From Vicugna vicugna (lineage: Eukaryota), in the NCBI GenBank assembly GCA_013265495.1, contig MU058718.1, positions 4,078,678-4,142,677 of the forward strand: a DNA stretch of 64,000 bases, in the 5' to 3' direction. The notes under the pieces were generated by a model. The model did not search any database. It was not told the DNA's origin and worked only from the letters and a program-made list of their open reading frames with translations. The position numbers and the translations under genes were made by a program. Below are positions 1 to 14,523 of this stretch, in pieces. Within the stretch, counting starts at the first letter, position 1. Each line of letters begins with the position of its first letter.

Positions 1-430
1 GTCCAAGCGTTTTACTCATAATAGGCAAAATTGGAAATAAATTTCCATCTACAAGAAAATGGGTAAACAAATTGTTGTAGATTCATAAAATGGAATACTA
101 CTCAGTAATAAAATGGAGGAACAAACTACTGATATATGCAATAACATAGCCACAATTCACAGATACCATGCAGAGTGAAAGAAGAAAAACCATACCCCAG
201 AGAGTATATATTGTATGATACCACTTATATGAAATTCAGAAATAGCTAAAAGTTATGGTGATAGAAATCAGGGTGGTGGCTACGTATGAGGGATGAGATT
301 AAGATGATAAGAAATTTTCTGTATCTTGATTGCAGTGTTGGTTACACAAGGTGTAAGCATTTTTCAAAACTCTTGAAATTGTACGCTTTAGATCTGTGCA
401 TTTTACTGCATATAAATATTACCTCCATAA
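1..430 (+). mobile_element. Old L1M 3' fragment
   Basis: AATGGAATACTACTCAG, TGTATGATACCACTTATATGAAA and GGTGATAGAAATCAG motifs typical of L1M 3' ends. Confidence 0.65.
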
Positions 431-731
431 AGGACTAGTGTAAAATAAGGATGTTTACTCATTGATTAAATATATGCATATCTATACACCTAAAAGATCA
501 CGTATAATTTAGTGCTGAAATAATTTGTTTTGGCTCAGCTGCATGGGTGTACTTACAGATTTTTAGAATTATCTGTCAGCATAGCTTTCAAAAGTTGCTT
601 TGACATTATACTGTTTACATCACCTTTCTTTTGAAGCTTGTTTCTATAAGAAGGCAACAACTTCCAGTATAAAGGAAAATCTTAATTTGGAGTAACGAAT
701 CTATTAAGATTTTCAGGGGGGAGAGGAGAAG

Positions 732-742
732 CAAGATGGCGG
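732..742 (+). promoter_or_regulatory. YY1-binding motif of the L1 internal promoter
   Basis: CAAGATGGCGG ~13 nt inside the L1 5' end, the typical position in mammalian L1s. Confidence 0.75.
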
Positions 743-2042
743 AGTAGAAGGACACTTGTAGCTCACCCTCTCCCACAAATACCCCAAAACTCACATCTAC
801 GGACCTACTCAGCCAACCAGAGCACCTGTCGAACTCCGACAGAACATCGCCCTCTTCGAAAGACAAAGACGCCAAAAATCTGGTAGGAGAAAAAAAAAAA
901 GAAGAAGAAAAAGCAAAACATTGTGGGACCGATTGCATGGGGAGGGAGCGGCAAAGGAGGACTGGCGCTCATTTGCTGGGTCTCCCCCCTCCAACGGAGA
1001 GGCAAGCGGGACGGAGGGGGAGCCTCTGAGGCTCAGATCTGCCCTGAGCACCGACAGAACCGAGTTAAACGAGCACAAAGGGTCCCTGCGACACCCAGCC
1101 CGAGACGCGAGTCGGCAGCTGGGGCCGGGACAGGCTGCCCGAGCCAGGTGGAGGACTGGGGTGGCTGCACTGAGGCAGCCCTGGGGGACTGCAGGGTGCT
1201 GCGTGCCAAGGCTGGAAGGGGATTTGGAGCAGAACAACCTCGGTCCCCCATAAATTGCAAAAAAGCAAAGCAACATGGCTGGTGTGCCCTGGGGGGAGGG
1301 GTGCCATAGCCTTTGTCTCCTCAGACCTGCGCTGCCATTACTGGTGCATCTCGCAAGAAGAGAGGCTGGGCACAGCCACAGCCACCATCTCCTCCAGTGC
1401 GCAGAGCCCGGGCAGGGGCGGGGGTGAGACCTGAATCCACATCTGGGGGCTCCGCAACCTTCTGGGCAGGACTGAGACTTGTTTACAGCCCGAGGCAGGT
1501 AGAATCTTTCTGCCCTGGCACCTCAGAGGACTTGCACTGCCAAGACAAACAAGGAGCTGAGATTTGGCACACAGCAGGGACGGGGCTGTTCCGCAGTCTT
1601 CTGTGAGCCCACCTTTGGAGCTCCGACCTGAGGCGGAGCGGGCAGCTGCACAGAGCAGCAGAGTGGCTGGTGGTGGGAGAGGGCGGGCGGCCACCCGCCT
1701 TCCTGGGAGGATTGCAGCACCTGACCATGGTGCTGGGAGGGGGTGTGATCCACCCACCTGCCTCCCTCCTGAGTGCAGCATCTGACTGCTGCATCGGGAG
1801 GAGGGGTAACCCGCCCACCCACTGGGTAAGCTCAGCTCCTGACCCAGTGTTAGGAGGATCTGCTAGCCGACAGCCACTGGGAGCAGCGCAGACAAGGTTG
1901 CCAACAAGGGCCTCTGGAAACAGCAAGCTGAGTTCATGAAACAGGGTGAAGACATAAAGACCTCTCGATAAAATCATAAGAGCACACTGCCTCTAGGAGA
2001 ACTAGTTAACTGATACTCCTTAAGTCGCAGTGCCAGAGAGAT

Positions 2043-2934
2043 ATGAGCAATATGAAGAAGCAGAGGAACCACTCCCAATTAAAAGATCAAGAGAAATCCC
2101 CTGAAAGCACAATCAAGGAAATAGATATTGATGGCCTACTAGATCAAGATTTCAAAAAAGGAGTGATCAAAGTACTGAAGGAACTAAAAGAAACAGTGTT
2201 TAGAGATATAAAATATGTCAAAAATGAAATAGAAGCTATAAAGAAGAACCAAGTAGAATTAGTAAACTCATTTGCTGAGATGAGAACTGACCTAAAGGCT
2301 GTACAAAGCAGTCTAGATAATGCAGAGGAACGAATAAGTGACCTAGAAGATGGGACAACAGAAAGCACCCAATCAGAACAGCTGAGAGAAAAACAAATGA
2401 AAACAATATAAGGGACCTATGGGATAATATAAAGTGTGCCAACCTATGCATAATAGGGGTTCCAGAAGGGGAAGAAAGAACAAAGGGGATTGAAAAGGTA
2501 TTTGAAGAAATCATGACTGAAAACTTCCCAAACCTGAAGAAGGAATCAGATATCCAGGTACAAGAGGCTCAGCGGGTACCAAACAGGAAGAAACCAAACA
2601 GACCCACACCAAGACATATCATAAACAAGATGGCCAGAGTCAAGGATAAATGAATGATCCTAAAGGCAGCAAGAGAAAAACAAAGAGTGAGTTACAAGGG
2701 AACCCCCATAAGGCTCTCAGCTGATTTCTCTACACAAACACTACAGGCCAGAAGGAAGTGGCAAGATATATTCAAAGTCCTGAATGAACAAAAGATGCAG
2801 CCTGAGACACTCTATCCAGCAACGCTATCCTTCAGAATAGAAGGAGAGATAAAGAACTTCACAGACAAGCAAAACCTAAAAGAGTTTGGCAACACTAACC
2901 CATGCTAAAAGAAGTATTGACAGGTCTACTCTAA
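2043..2934 (+). pseudogene. L1 ORF1p, disrupted
   Basis: Coiled-coil then RRM/CTD motifs (DLWDNIK..NL.IIGVPE, ENFPNL, PTPRHI, ILKAAREK, PIRLSADFS); frameshift near 2405, in-frame TGA 2651-2653, frameshift near 2900. Confidence 0.9.
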
Positions 2935-3767
2935 ATAGAAAAGAAGCAGGATGCTACAAAAATGCGAAACTCATAACTGGAAAGGAGATAACTGCCATGA
3001 ATTACAAAAAGAATAAACACAAAATTGTAAAAGAAGACATGTAAATCATTAACAGTGGGAGAGGGAAGGAAGGAAAGCCACTGTGGAAAACGGTGTGGAG
3101 ATTCCTCAAAAGACTAGGAATAGACTTACCATATGACCCAAGAATCCTGCTCCTGGGCATGTATCCAGAAGGAACCCTACTTCAACATGACACCTGCACC
3201 CCAGTGCTCATAGCAGCACTATTTGTAATAGCCAAGACATGGAAGCAGCCTAGATGTCCATCAACAGATGACTGAATAAAGAAGATGTGGTATATTTATA
3301 CGATGGAATACTATTCAGCCACAAAAACCGACAACATAACGCCATTTGCAGCAACATGGCTGTCCCTGGAGAATGTCATTCTAAGTGAAGTAAGCCAGAA
3401 GGAGAAATAAAAATGCCATATGAGATTGCTTATATGAGGAATCTAAAAAACAAAAAACAAAAAAACCCCATAAATAAAAAACAGAAACAGACTCATAGAC
3501 ATAGAATACAAACTTGTGGTTGCCAAGGGGGTGGGGGGTGGGAATGGACAGACTGGGATTTTAAAATGCAGAGTAGATAAACAAGATTATACTGTATAGC
3601 ACAGGGAAAAATATACAAGATCTTGTGGTAGCTCATAGCGAAAAAAAAAGTGACAATGAATATATATATGTTCATGTATGACTGAAAAATTGTACTCTAC
3701 GCTAGAATTTGATACAACATTGTAAAATAACTATTACTCAATAAAAAAATGTTAAAAAAGATTTTCA

Positions 3768-3920
3768 GGGGCGTGGGTATAGCTCAGCAGTAGAGTGCAT
3801 GCTTAGCATGCATGAAGTCCTAGATTCAATCCCCAGTACCTCCATTAAAAAAATTTTTTTTTAAATAAACCTAATCCCTCCCAAGAAAAACCTGAAAAAG
3901 ATACAAAATTATATTTTACA
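3768..3920 (+). mobile_element. tRNA-Ala(AGC)-derived SINE (camelid Vic-1-like)
   Basis: GGTATAGCTCAGCAGTAGAG (A box)...CTTAGCATG...GATTCAATCCCCAGTACCTCCA (B box), A-rich tail, followed by AAGATTTTCAGGG 3921-3933. Confidence 0.85.
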
Positions 3921-4524
3921 AAGATTTTCAGGGACTGTGGGAATTAAAACTTGTTTCCCTGTTCTCTGCTGTAAGAGTTGGACATAAATAAAGATAATAA
4001 AAGTGTATTTTTCAGAAGCCAAATATGCTAGAAGCTGAGAATATAACTTTGAAAATGGGAAATCCTGCCAAATTGAAGTTTGATTCAGTTATCATTACTT
4101 CTCATTTGTACCAGTTACTGGTTACATTTAAAATTCGCTGAGCCATAATAGTAACATAAAGTTCTTGGGTTGTTTTTTGCCGAAAGATTTATTTCCTTAA
4201 GGCATTCTGAGCTCTGCCACACACGCACTCAATCCTCTAAGAGGTACATGATATTCTTCTTTTTAAAATTCTTCTCTATATTTGAAGCTCTGAGATTAAC
4301 AAAAGGAGAGTGACTGCATAATAATTATTAATCACAAATTAACAACTTCTGCTAGGTAAACAGTTTTAACCCTAGCAACCTTACCTTAAAATCACTGATA
4401 GAGTATTTCATGCTTGCTTTTATCTCTCCTAATATTGTTACTTTTTAGCCTTTTTACAATTTTGTCTTAGTTATGCTTACACTTAAAGCCATCTGTTTAA
4501 ACTTCATCTTTTTCTTCTTCTCCT

Positions 4525-4661
4525 TTTTTTATTTTTGATCTTTTTGTGGGGGGAGGTAATTAGATTTACTTATTTACTTTTGATGGAGGTACTGAGGATT
4601 GAACCCAGGACCTTGTGCATGCTAAGCATGCACTCTACCGCTGAGGTATACTTTCCTCCCC
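4525..4661 (-). mobile_element. tRNA-Ala-derived SINE (same family)
   Basis: Reverse complement matches the SINE at 3768 (TGGAGGTACTGAGGATTGAACCCAGG...CACTCTACCGCTGAG). Confidence 0.85.
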
Positions 4662-4852
4662 ACCTTTTTCTTTACTCATGGGAATTATGTGGAAAAATCT
4701 TGATAGTCATGTTGATCTTTTTTTTAAACAAAAAATTCATTTATTATAGGAATCAGAACATGTTATTGCTGTTGTTAAGGATGGTGATACAGTTTAATTT
4801 TATATGAATTTTCTCTTTATAAGCACTTCCGTTAACAGTAGTTCTGCTGTGA

Positions 4853-5062
<210 letters not shown>

Positions 5063-5853
5063 TAATACTTTATGTAGTATCGGTATGTTTATATATCATG
5101 ATCTGTGTTATTGTCTATGTGCACTTGAGTGTAGAGACTTGTACATACACACATATATATGCTTCTTAATATGTGTCCAAAACAAAAATAAATATACTTT
5201 GATAAGATTACTTTTCAAGTAATATTAAAAGTTAATGATAAGAAATAATGCATCTTTGTGGCATCTTCTGATGACTGCTCTCCCTGACTGACTTTTAACT
5301 TTTTGTTAATTAAGTAAACATATAATGAAAAAGCTACTGTGTGTTCAAAACAACTTTTACATTAATTTGTATTTAATATGCATTGTAAAAGGAGGCTAAG
5401 GGATATTATTTAGTCTGTAGAAAATAATTGTTGTACATGAATTTGAGTATCCCTTGATAGCAATTTCAAGACCCCCTACTCCCAACACATACACACGTCC
5501 TCCCCTCAGTAGAAGCCATTGTAATTTGGGGGATATTAATTAAAGCAGGATCCTTGAAGTTACCAGATACTTGTCAAATGGATCAAGAGGTTTTCAGTGA
5601 AGTCCAGCCCAAGATTTCTGTGTTAGATTCTAACAGTCTCTTCTTGTTTGATGCCAAAGGCAGAGCTGTTAGATTAGATATCTCTTAAAACAAAACATAA
5701 ACCTGATACTGGGCCACCAGCTCATTCTATATCCTGTGGTACCTATGAGTATAGACATTTGGTTTATAGAAATTTCTTGATAAGCAAGAATGTTAAATAA
5801 AATTTTTGAGTGCTTAACTGCTACTTGACAGTGTTGCTTTCTTTTAAAATTAA

Positions 5854-6069
<216 letters not shown>

Positions 6070-6861
6070 TGAAAGATAGTGACTGTCTCTTCTGCCTTTG
6101 TTTTTGTAGTACATGATTATATTAGTGATTTTTGTAATTCCCAGTATTGGAAGACAGAAAAATGCAGGCTTTACAAACTAACAGTGATATTTTCAGGTTT
6201 TTTCAGCATGTGATAGGATGAGAATCTTTTTTTTCCTTCAAGAATTTTTTACTTACAGAAAAACATCCAAAGCTTCAAGCCAGTTTAGGAAAAGTAGTTT
6301 GAGTTTTGTATTTTTAGAAAGATAATAAATACAGAGTATTCAGATACTTTTAAGTATAGGAAGTAATTCTGAAAAACATACTTTGGTTTCAGAGGATAGT
6401 TCCGTGGGACACAGATAGAAAAAGACTTTGCAATGCCAAAGTTACTTCCTTTTGATAATTTTTTTTCCTTCTTTCTTCCTTGTTGTAAGTTATTCTGGAA
6501 AGAAATTGAGTCTTTATTTTCCTCTCTCCTTTTCTTCCCTTTCTACTTACCCTCCTTTTTTTCTTATTTTTAAATCAACATTTTGAGTACCTGTTATGTG
6601 CCAGTCACTGTCCTGAATATTGAAGATACAACAGTGAACAAATCAGCAATCCCTGTGTTAGAAGGAATTTATTTTAGTAGGAAATGAAAGTATTATAAAC
6701 AAATAATCACAGCACAATATAATTAAAACTATTACACAAATAAATCAAAGGTGTAGTGGAAAAGTGATTAACTCTGGCATAGGGGAGACCAGGAACACTT
6801 CATAGAGAAGGTGCCTAAGCTAGACGTCTGAGGGTTGATGACCCCAGGACCTGGCACATGC

Positions 6862-7036
6862 CAGTGGTTTTCTCCTTTGCATGTCAGAATTACCAAAAAG
6901 CTTTTAAAGAATACTGATGCCTGCATCTAACCCCTAGAGATTCTGATTTACTTGGCCTGGGTTGGGCCTCTAAGCCTCAAAATTTTTGAAAATGTCTCAG
7001 GTGATTCTCATGTGCAGTTACAATTGAGAGCCATAG
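6862..7036. mobile_element. MER5-family DNA transposon remnant
   Basis: CAGTGGTTTTCT...AGAGATTCTGATTTA...CAGGTGATTCT..TGTGCAG...TTGAGAGCCA. Confidence 0.65.
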
Positions 7037-9747
7037 TCTCAAAAATGATTTTTCACTTAAATTTCATAGTAGAAATTCCTTGTTATTTTTATTTTGACTT
7101 CTGAAGTTATGATTACATTTTTAAACTTTGTTTCTATCTCAAAGTTGCAAGTGCAATAAAAGTACTCTGTGCCCTAAACTGCTTGAGTGGGTTGCCAACA
7201 TAGTTTAGTGTGTCCTACAAACGAAACACTCTATGTAATCGCAGTCTGACAACAAAATCCAGGAAATGAATCTTGATACATTATATTATGTAATCCTCAG
7301 ACCCCATTCAAGTTTTTCTGGTTGTCCCAGTGATGTCCTTTATAGCAAAATGATACAGTTCAGAATCATGTGTTGTGTTTAGTTGTATCTTTTTCCTCCT
7401 TGTTCAGTCTGGAACAGTTCTTCATTCTTCCCTTAACTTTTATGACCTTGATGTTTTCAAGGATTATACCAGTAACTGTTTAAAGTGGCCCTTACTTTAG
7501 TTTTTTTCTGATGTTTTCTCTTGATAAGATTCAGGCTGTGGATCTGTGGCAGGAATATCAGAAGTTCTCACTGCATTTTCTGACATGACACACAATTTTG
7601 ATATGTCCCATTACTGGTGATGTTCACTATGATCATTTGATTAAGGGTTTGTCTAATAGGCTTCTATACTTTGAAGGACTCTTTTCCCTTTTGTAATTAA
7701 TAAATATTTTGTGAAATATTTTAAGGCTATGTAAATATCTCATTCTGTATTACACTTTAAATTTACAAATTTGTTTATTTTAATATGGACTCATTGATTC
7801 TTGTTTTATTCAATGGGGCATAACCTGTTACTTCATTATGTATTTTGATATTCAAATTGTCCCAGATTTGACCAACAGGAGCTCCTTCAGTTTGGCTTCT
7901 CTATCCCTGTCATTCTTTGAACACTTCTTTGACACAAGGTGTCCCAGGTTCAGCTTGTTCTTTACCTGCTGCTCAAGCCTGGGAGTTGCTGTTTTCTGAA
8001 AAATCCTGGTTCCTTTAGTGGAGAATGATATTTAGAAACTAAGATCTTGGTGCTAGATGAGCTCATTGCTATTGGAGTGTCACTCCTCTGGTCTCTTAGA
8101 GGCCAGAATTAGGGTGTGTGTGTGTGTGTACACATTATGTATATACATACACATTTGTGTTTCTTATCTTTTTATGAATTCACAGATCTCTTCAATCCAG
8201 ATTGAATACCAAAGGATTAATTGTAGCCTCCTCTTTTTCACATTTGTAACTTCCTTATCTGACAGTGAAAAATCTGGCTCCTGTTTTGCTTAATATATTT
8301 ACTTATCTGAGCAATCTTTCTGTATGTAACTAGTCTCTCAGCAGATCTCTCTCCCCTCACTGGTGTAGGTACCCTTCTTAACCTAGTTTTGGATTAGAAA
8401 CCCTCCTCCCTCTTTGTATACATTCTCCTCACCCCTCTCAAGCTTTGACAGTCCCATATTGGGCCACTGCTGCTATGGGACTACCTTCCCATGCAAATGC
8501 CCTCCTCACCCACTAGGGCTCCAGCACCCTGCATCGGGTTGCCCTACCATATGGATGGTCTCTTTACCTCAGTTGATCTCTAACATCCTGTGCCACTGTG
8601 ACCGCCTCTGTAGATACCCTCCTTCCTCCACTTGGGAACTGGCACCCTGAGGTGGGCCACTACAGCTTTTCCTTACACCCTGGTGCAGGGATTCCTACCT
8701 CAGTCACCCCATTCCTCCCCTCCCCTCCTTGCCCCCAGACAGTGGGCTTGGACAGGGTTATTGAGGGACTATGGGAAGGAGAGACTATATTCCACATCTG
8801 AGTCAGTCACCTTTTCTATGACTCTTTTTAAAAAGGCAAAAGCAGTTAAATTCTAAACAATTACACAGGCTTAGAACTGAATCCTCACAACAAACTGACA
8901 AGTGATCACATATGCTCCATTTGGGCACTGGGGAGCTTATTTCTCATAAAACTCTTCATTTTTATAAAATTCAATTAAGGTGAAATGTCTTCCTCATACA
9001 GAGTTAAAATTTATTTTTCTATTAACTTTCATTCACTAATTCTAATTCTCTCTTCTTGACTACATTAAGTAAGACTAAACTGTTTTTCAGAATAAGTTAT
9101 TCTGTTATTTAAAGCATTTTTCCATGCATTAAATTTTCACCTTTTAAGACTTTAAAAAATAATCTTGTGACATGATTTTCAGATCTCATTATTGCATTGC
9201 TCTTAGACTATAGCATCTAAAACGAAAGACAACAGTCTAGATTTGGTCTGACCAACACAGAATTACAGTGAAATGCCTACCTCCTTTATACTATATGCTA
9301 TTCTTTCGTAATTTCAGCATTTCAGAATTTTGTAAATTCAGCATTTTTTGGCCGCAAATTTCCCTCTGTTGGCTTGAGTTTGCAGATGTCTTAACATATC
9401 TTTCATTTCTTACAACTTGTGCTGTTGATTTTTTTTCCTGTAAGTTTGACTTCAGATTTATCTCTGGAAACTTCATACAGTTGTTGAGACTATGCTGCAG
9501 AATATCAAGATATATAAAAATCTAGTTTTGTCATTCAGCATTTTAGATACCCTATCAGGTTTTTGTAATATATGCAAATCTGAGAAACTTTGTTTTAGTT
9601 GGTATTATTTATTAAAAATATTGAACTAGTTTAAGAGATGAGTTTTCCCACATATGTTATTAGAGATACCTTTCTAGGTTAATAAATTACCATTTTTTTT
9701 CATTATGGCCTTTTAGTCAGCTACTATTTTACCTCCTTGTCTAATTC

Positions 9748-9955
9748 AGGAGTCAACAAACTTTATCTGTGCAGGACCAGAGGATAAATATTTTAGGCTT
9801 TGCGTCCATACAGTCTTTTCTAGGACTACTCATCTTTGCTTTTGCAGCTGGAAGGCAGCTATAAACCAATGACTGTCAGCTGTGTTCTAGTAAAACTGTA
9901 TTTTTAAAATAGGCAGTGGGCTCACTGTGGCCTATGGGCTATAGTTTGCCTATCC
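9748..9955. mobile_element. MER58A-like DNA transposon remnant
   Basis: CAGGAGTCAACAAACTTT...TAAATATTTTAGGCTTTGCG...TAGTTTGCC. Confidence 0.65.
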
Positions 9956-11619
9956 TTTTCTACCATGATTCCAGGTTTGTCATAAGAAGACTGTCATATG
10001 CTTAGCTAAGAGCCAGATGACTATCTGTAGGACTAGTCATGTGAATGGAGTAATGAGATTAGTATGACATGGTACGATCTTAGTAAATCTAAACTGATTT
10101 CCTGTGATCACTATTTCAAGAGCTTACAAACCATCTGTTTAATAAACTATTTGAATAGATGATTTCTAGGAACCTGTATAATTTCCCAAAGTCATATAAT
10201 TTGCCAGACAGGGAACTTAAGAATCAACCTTTTTTTTTTCTCTGTGTTTAAAAATAAGAACAGCATTTGACTATATGATGTGTTCTGGAACATCTAAGAT
10301 TGCTGAGAATAGTTAGATGATCACAGGAAGGAACTGTAGAGCTCAATCCCTAATATCCTTGTCACTATTAAGGAAAATAATATTAAGACTGGAAAAATAG
10401 AACATACATGCTTAAGAGGTAAACTTATGTTTAAGAAAGGCAAGAGAGAATAAGAGAGCACAGAGCTGCTCTGAAGAAGTTTATTTCTCTGGGACCAGAT
10501 ATAATAGGATTTGAGTTCTTCCATATTTTTTCTTTTGTTGTAATATTACTCCATTTATTCCAAGAACTTGTTCTCCTTTGTTATTCTTGTTATGAACATG
10601 ACCAAAATAATGCTTTTATTGTCCTAACATTTATTCTAATTCTTTTTTTTCTTATTTTTTTTAATTCTAATTCTTAACTGTCAGCTGTGAGCTTTAGACT
10701 TCATTGCAGGCCTAACAGTTTATAAACATATACAATGCGTGTATGTTCTGTAAGCAAGTATCTTTTGTGCATTTACTGTGTATCACATGCTGTGAATTTT
10801 AAGATAAAACTATGGCGCTCATCCTTAGAAATGTCAATATAAGTTAAGTGCTTATATAGAAAAGAGAGAGGATTGCTAATGGAGGACTGAAACCAGTGGA
10901 AAAGATTCTGATAGAGGAGTTCAGGGAGAGTTGGAAAAAGCTATACAAAGAAAATTATATTTGAGCTAAGTGATAAAAATGGCTAGGACTTATCAGATGA
11001 ATAAATGTGAGAGTTGGAAGGAAAAGGAAGTAAAAGACATTGTAGACAGGAGGACAGAAGTAACTGTCAGATTTAAGAGCTATTTCTGAGTTGGAGTTAA
11101 CAGGATTTGGGGACTGATTTGATACTGAAGTTGGAGAAGTGTTATGTCTAGGGTAATGACAAGTTATCCAGTTTTGAAGGCCAAGTAGATGATGCTGTTA
11201 TTAGTGATGTTAAAGTGGCATGTACATGTATAGTTTGTCAGACAGGGAGATGTCTCGCAAGCCTTTCATAACACTTGTCTAGCGTCCAGAAATGCTGAGA
11301 TAAACATTTAGCGAGTCATTATCTAGCAGTGATTGAAAGCGATCTAAGAAGATGAGCTTGCTTAGGAGAAAGTATAGTAGATGTTTCAGTCTGGTGGCCT
11401 GCTAGTGAATAGGGGCTGCAGGTTTACTTCTTAAAATTTTGAATTATTTGTGATCTATTTATATTTACATATATGAAAATTCTGCATAAAAATCTAGATT
11501 CCAGACTTCTTGAAAAAGGAAAATCAAAATGCCTGACAGAATAGCTGGCATTCAGCAGTGCCCTTCCTCTTTAGGTGCATGCATGTACCTTCTAGTTTGC
11601 CACACTCCCACCACTTCTT

Positions 11620-11740
11620 TTTTGGCAAGGGGGTGAGGATTAGGTTTATTTTATTTTTAATGGAGGTACTGGGGATTGAACCCAGGACTTTGTGCATGTT
11701 AGGCATGCACTCTACCACTGAGCTATACCCTACCCGCCTC
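11620..11740 (-). mobile_element. tRNA-Ala-derived SINE with 13-bp TSD
   Basis: Same family; TSD CCCACCACTTCTT at 11607-11619 and 11741-11753. Confidence 0.88.
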
Positions 11741-13705
11741 CCCACCACTTCTTATGTATTACCAGGATGTTGTCTGCCTCACCCGTGTAGCATTTACATT
11801 CAGAATTTTTGGTGCTGTGTGACCAAAACAGTTCCAAAAATAGAAACCTGCAGTGGGTAGTAGAGAAGGAGGCCCCACTGACAGAATGGTATTTGAGAAG
11901 CCAAGGAAGGAGAAAGTTTAAGAAGTCTGGTCAGCTGTGTCAATAACTAGAGAAAACAAGAAGATCCTAGGAGGTTATTAGGAGAGCAATTTCAATAGAG
12001 TAGTGGGTTTGAGACGTAAGAAATCAGAGATAGTAAGTACAGACTACTTTAAAAATATCTCTGGTGGGGAAGAATAATCTGTGATGCCTTTTATTCTATT
12101 GCATGTCTGCTTAAAATCAGATTTCATTAGGTAATCCCTGTACATCCCCAGTGGTTTCTTCAAAGGTCTAAAATGGCTGAGAATCGGAGGTAATGATATT
12201 CAGTGGTAAGAGGGTGAGTAGCATGGTGGGGACAGTGAGGAGAGAGATTTTAGAGTATCACAAGAGATGAGGCTAGGGAAGTGGGCTGGGGTTAGATCTG
12301 AATGGCCTTTATCCTCACAAAATTAGAATTTTATACTGAAAGCGGTGAAATCCAGTATCATATTTATGTAGCATATGACACAGATTTGGTTTTAGGAACA
12401 TAATTTTGGAAATGGGGTTGAAACCATTCACAGGGAGATCGTATTGCAAGACTTGCATATCCTTGTAAGAGATGGTGATTGCTTAATAGTCTGATTTGAA
12501 GGGTAGAGTGGAATGGAGAGAACTGCCAGTTGTAAGAAATATTTTTGTTAGATTCAAGAGGATCAGGAGAGCAAGGTCCACATTTATTTTGTTCGTTGCT
12601 GTATCTTACCAACATCTGGCACAATTTCTGGTGATCAATAGATGTTTTTCAGAATGAATGAATGAATAAATGAATATCTCATATTGTATTGTCAGAATTT
12701 CCTCTCATCCTCTTGAAGTTGTTTTGCTTTTTGGAGCTTCCTTTTTGGGATTATGCCTTTTTTTTTTTCTCGTGAACTCTAAGAAGGTAGTTTTCAGTCA
12801 GTCTTGAATATATAATTAAGTAGGTCCAATTTTTCTTTACTTTTTAAACTATGTTTAATTCTAAAAAATATGGTCACTTTTTTCCAGTTGCTTTTGATTA
12901 CAGCTAGTTCTTGCCTGTTGGTTGACTTAAATTCATAGTAGCAATCTTTACTATTTTCTGAAAGGGGAAATTGTCACTAGGAATTTAATCATCTGTGGGA
13001 TACTTGATTTTAACAAATGAACTTAATAGCAGTTATTGATGTAAATACACATCAGAAGGCCATCACACTGTTAATATATTTTGTGTATCATTTTATTTTT
13101 CTCCTTTGAACTCTACCCAAGTGCATATAACCATTCTTACAGTAGGACAAAGAGCTACCATTTTTGAATGCCTACTATTTACCAGATATAATATATGCAT
13201 TTTATTTCCATTACCTTGCTGAATTCTTTCATCAATTACGTTTACATATAAGGGATCTGACTTTTAAAAGAATAAATAACTTGTCTGTAGTAACAGGTAA
13301 GTGGTTGAACTGGGGTTTTAGCTCAGATTGTTCTCCAAAGATATGCTCTTTTTGCTGTTATATAAGGTGTTTGTATGTATGTGTATATGTATTACGCACA
13401 TATGTATTTATACACACGTACACACGTGGCTGTGTATATATATGTATATATGTAATTTCACTGTTAGGTATATCTTATTTTCATAAAGATTTATTTTTCC
13501 ATACCCAGTTTTATATGAACATTATGTGAACATTATCCCTCTTCAATTTTTCATATTTCTCTTATTTTGAATTTTCTCTTTTAAAGTTAGTCTGTAATAC
13601 ACACAACTCTCATTATTTAATAATGTTTTAATTCTGAGTACTTTGAGATGGGTTTTATAACTGTAAGAAAAGTAAGTTTATCCATTATTGGTTTATATTT
13701 CTTAG

Positions 13706-13972
<267 letters not shown>

Positions 13973-14054
13973 TAAATAGAAATATTACTTATATACTTTA
14001 TTTGTATATAAAACAAAAACATTCTTTTATATAGTATTGTGGGAGGTTTTATTT

Positions 14055-14468
14055 TTTCATCTTTTAAAATTGAGATATAGTTGATACACAGTACAACATA
14101 GTGATTCACAGTTTTTAAAGGTTATGCTCCATTTGTAGTTATTATAAAATATTGGTTATATTCCCGGTGTTGTACAATATGTATCCTTGTAGGTTATTTA
14201 TCTTACGCATAATAGTTCATGCTCCTTAATCCCCTACCCCTACCTTGCCCCTCTCCCCTCTTCCGTCTCCCCACTGGTAACCACTAGTTTGTTTTCTGTA
14301 TCTGTGAGTCTGTTTCCTTTTTGTTATATTCATTAGATTGTTTTATTTTTCAGATTCCACATACAGTATTTGTCTTTCTGCTGACTTACTTCACTTAGCA
14401 TGATACCCTCCATGTCCATCCATGTTGTTGTGCATGGCAAAATTTTGTTCTTTTTTATGGCTGAGTGG

Positions 14469-14523
<55 letters not shown>

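Larger units (their letters stand above)
719..3757 (+). mobile_element. LINE-1 with 5'UTR, decayed ORF1, ORF2 C-terminus only, and 3'UTR (internally deleted, ~3 kb)
   Basis: GC-rich 5'UTR; ORF1 2043-2934; ORF2 tail from 3078 (PLWKTVWRFLKRLGIDLPYDP...); AATAAA 3740-3745 plus A-tail; TSD AAGATTTTCAGGG at 706-718 and 3758-3770. Confidence 0.93.

Noticed and set aside
615..1977. Many overlapping 60-165 aa ORFs on both strands
   Set aside because: They fall in the GC-rich L1 5'UTR where stop codons are rare; no recognisable protein, and several start at non-ATG codons
3768..3846. Apparent tRNA-Ala gene
   Set aside because: It is the head of a SINE with an A-rich tail and TSD, has mismatched stems, and has five more diverged copies in the window
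8340..8790. C-rich stretch with degenerate CCCTCCTCACCC repeats and short ORFs
   Set aside because: Contiguous with old antisense L1M-like sequence from ~7100; most likely the decayed internal tandem region of an old L1 3'UTR
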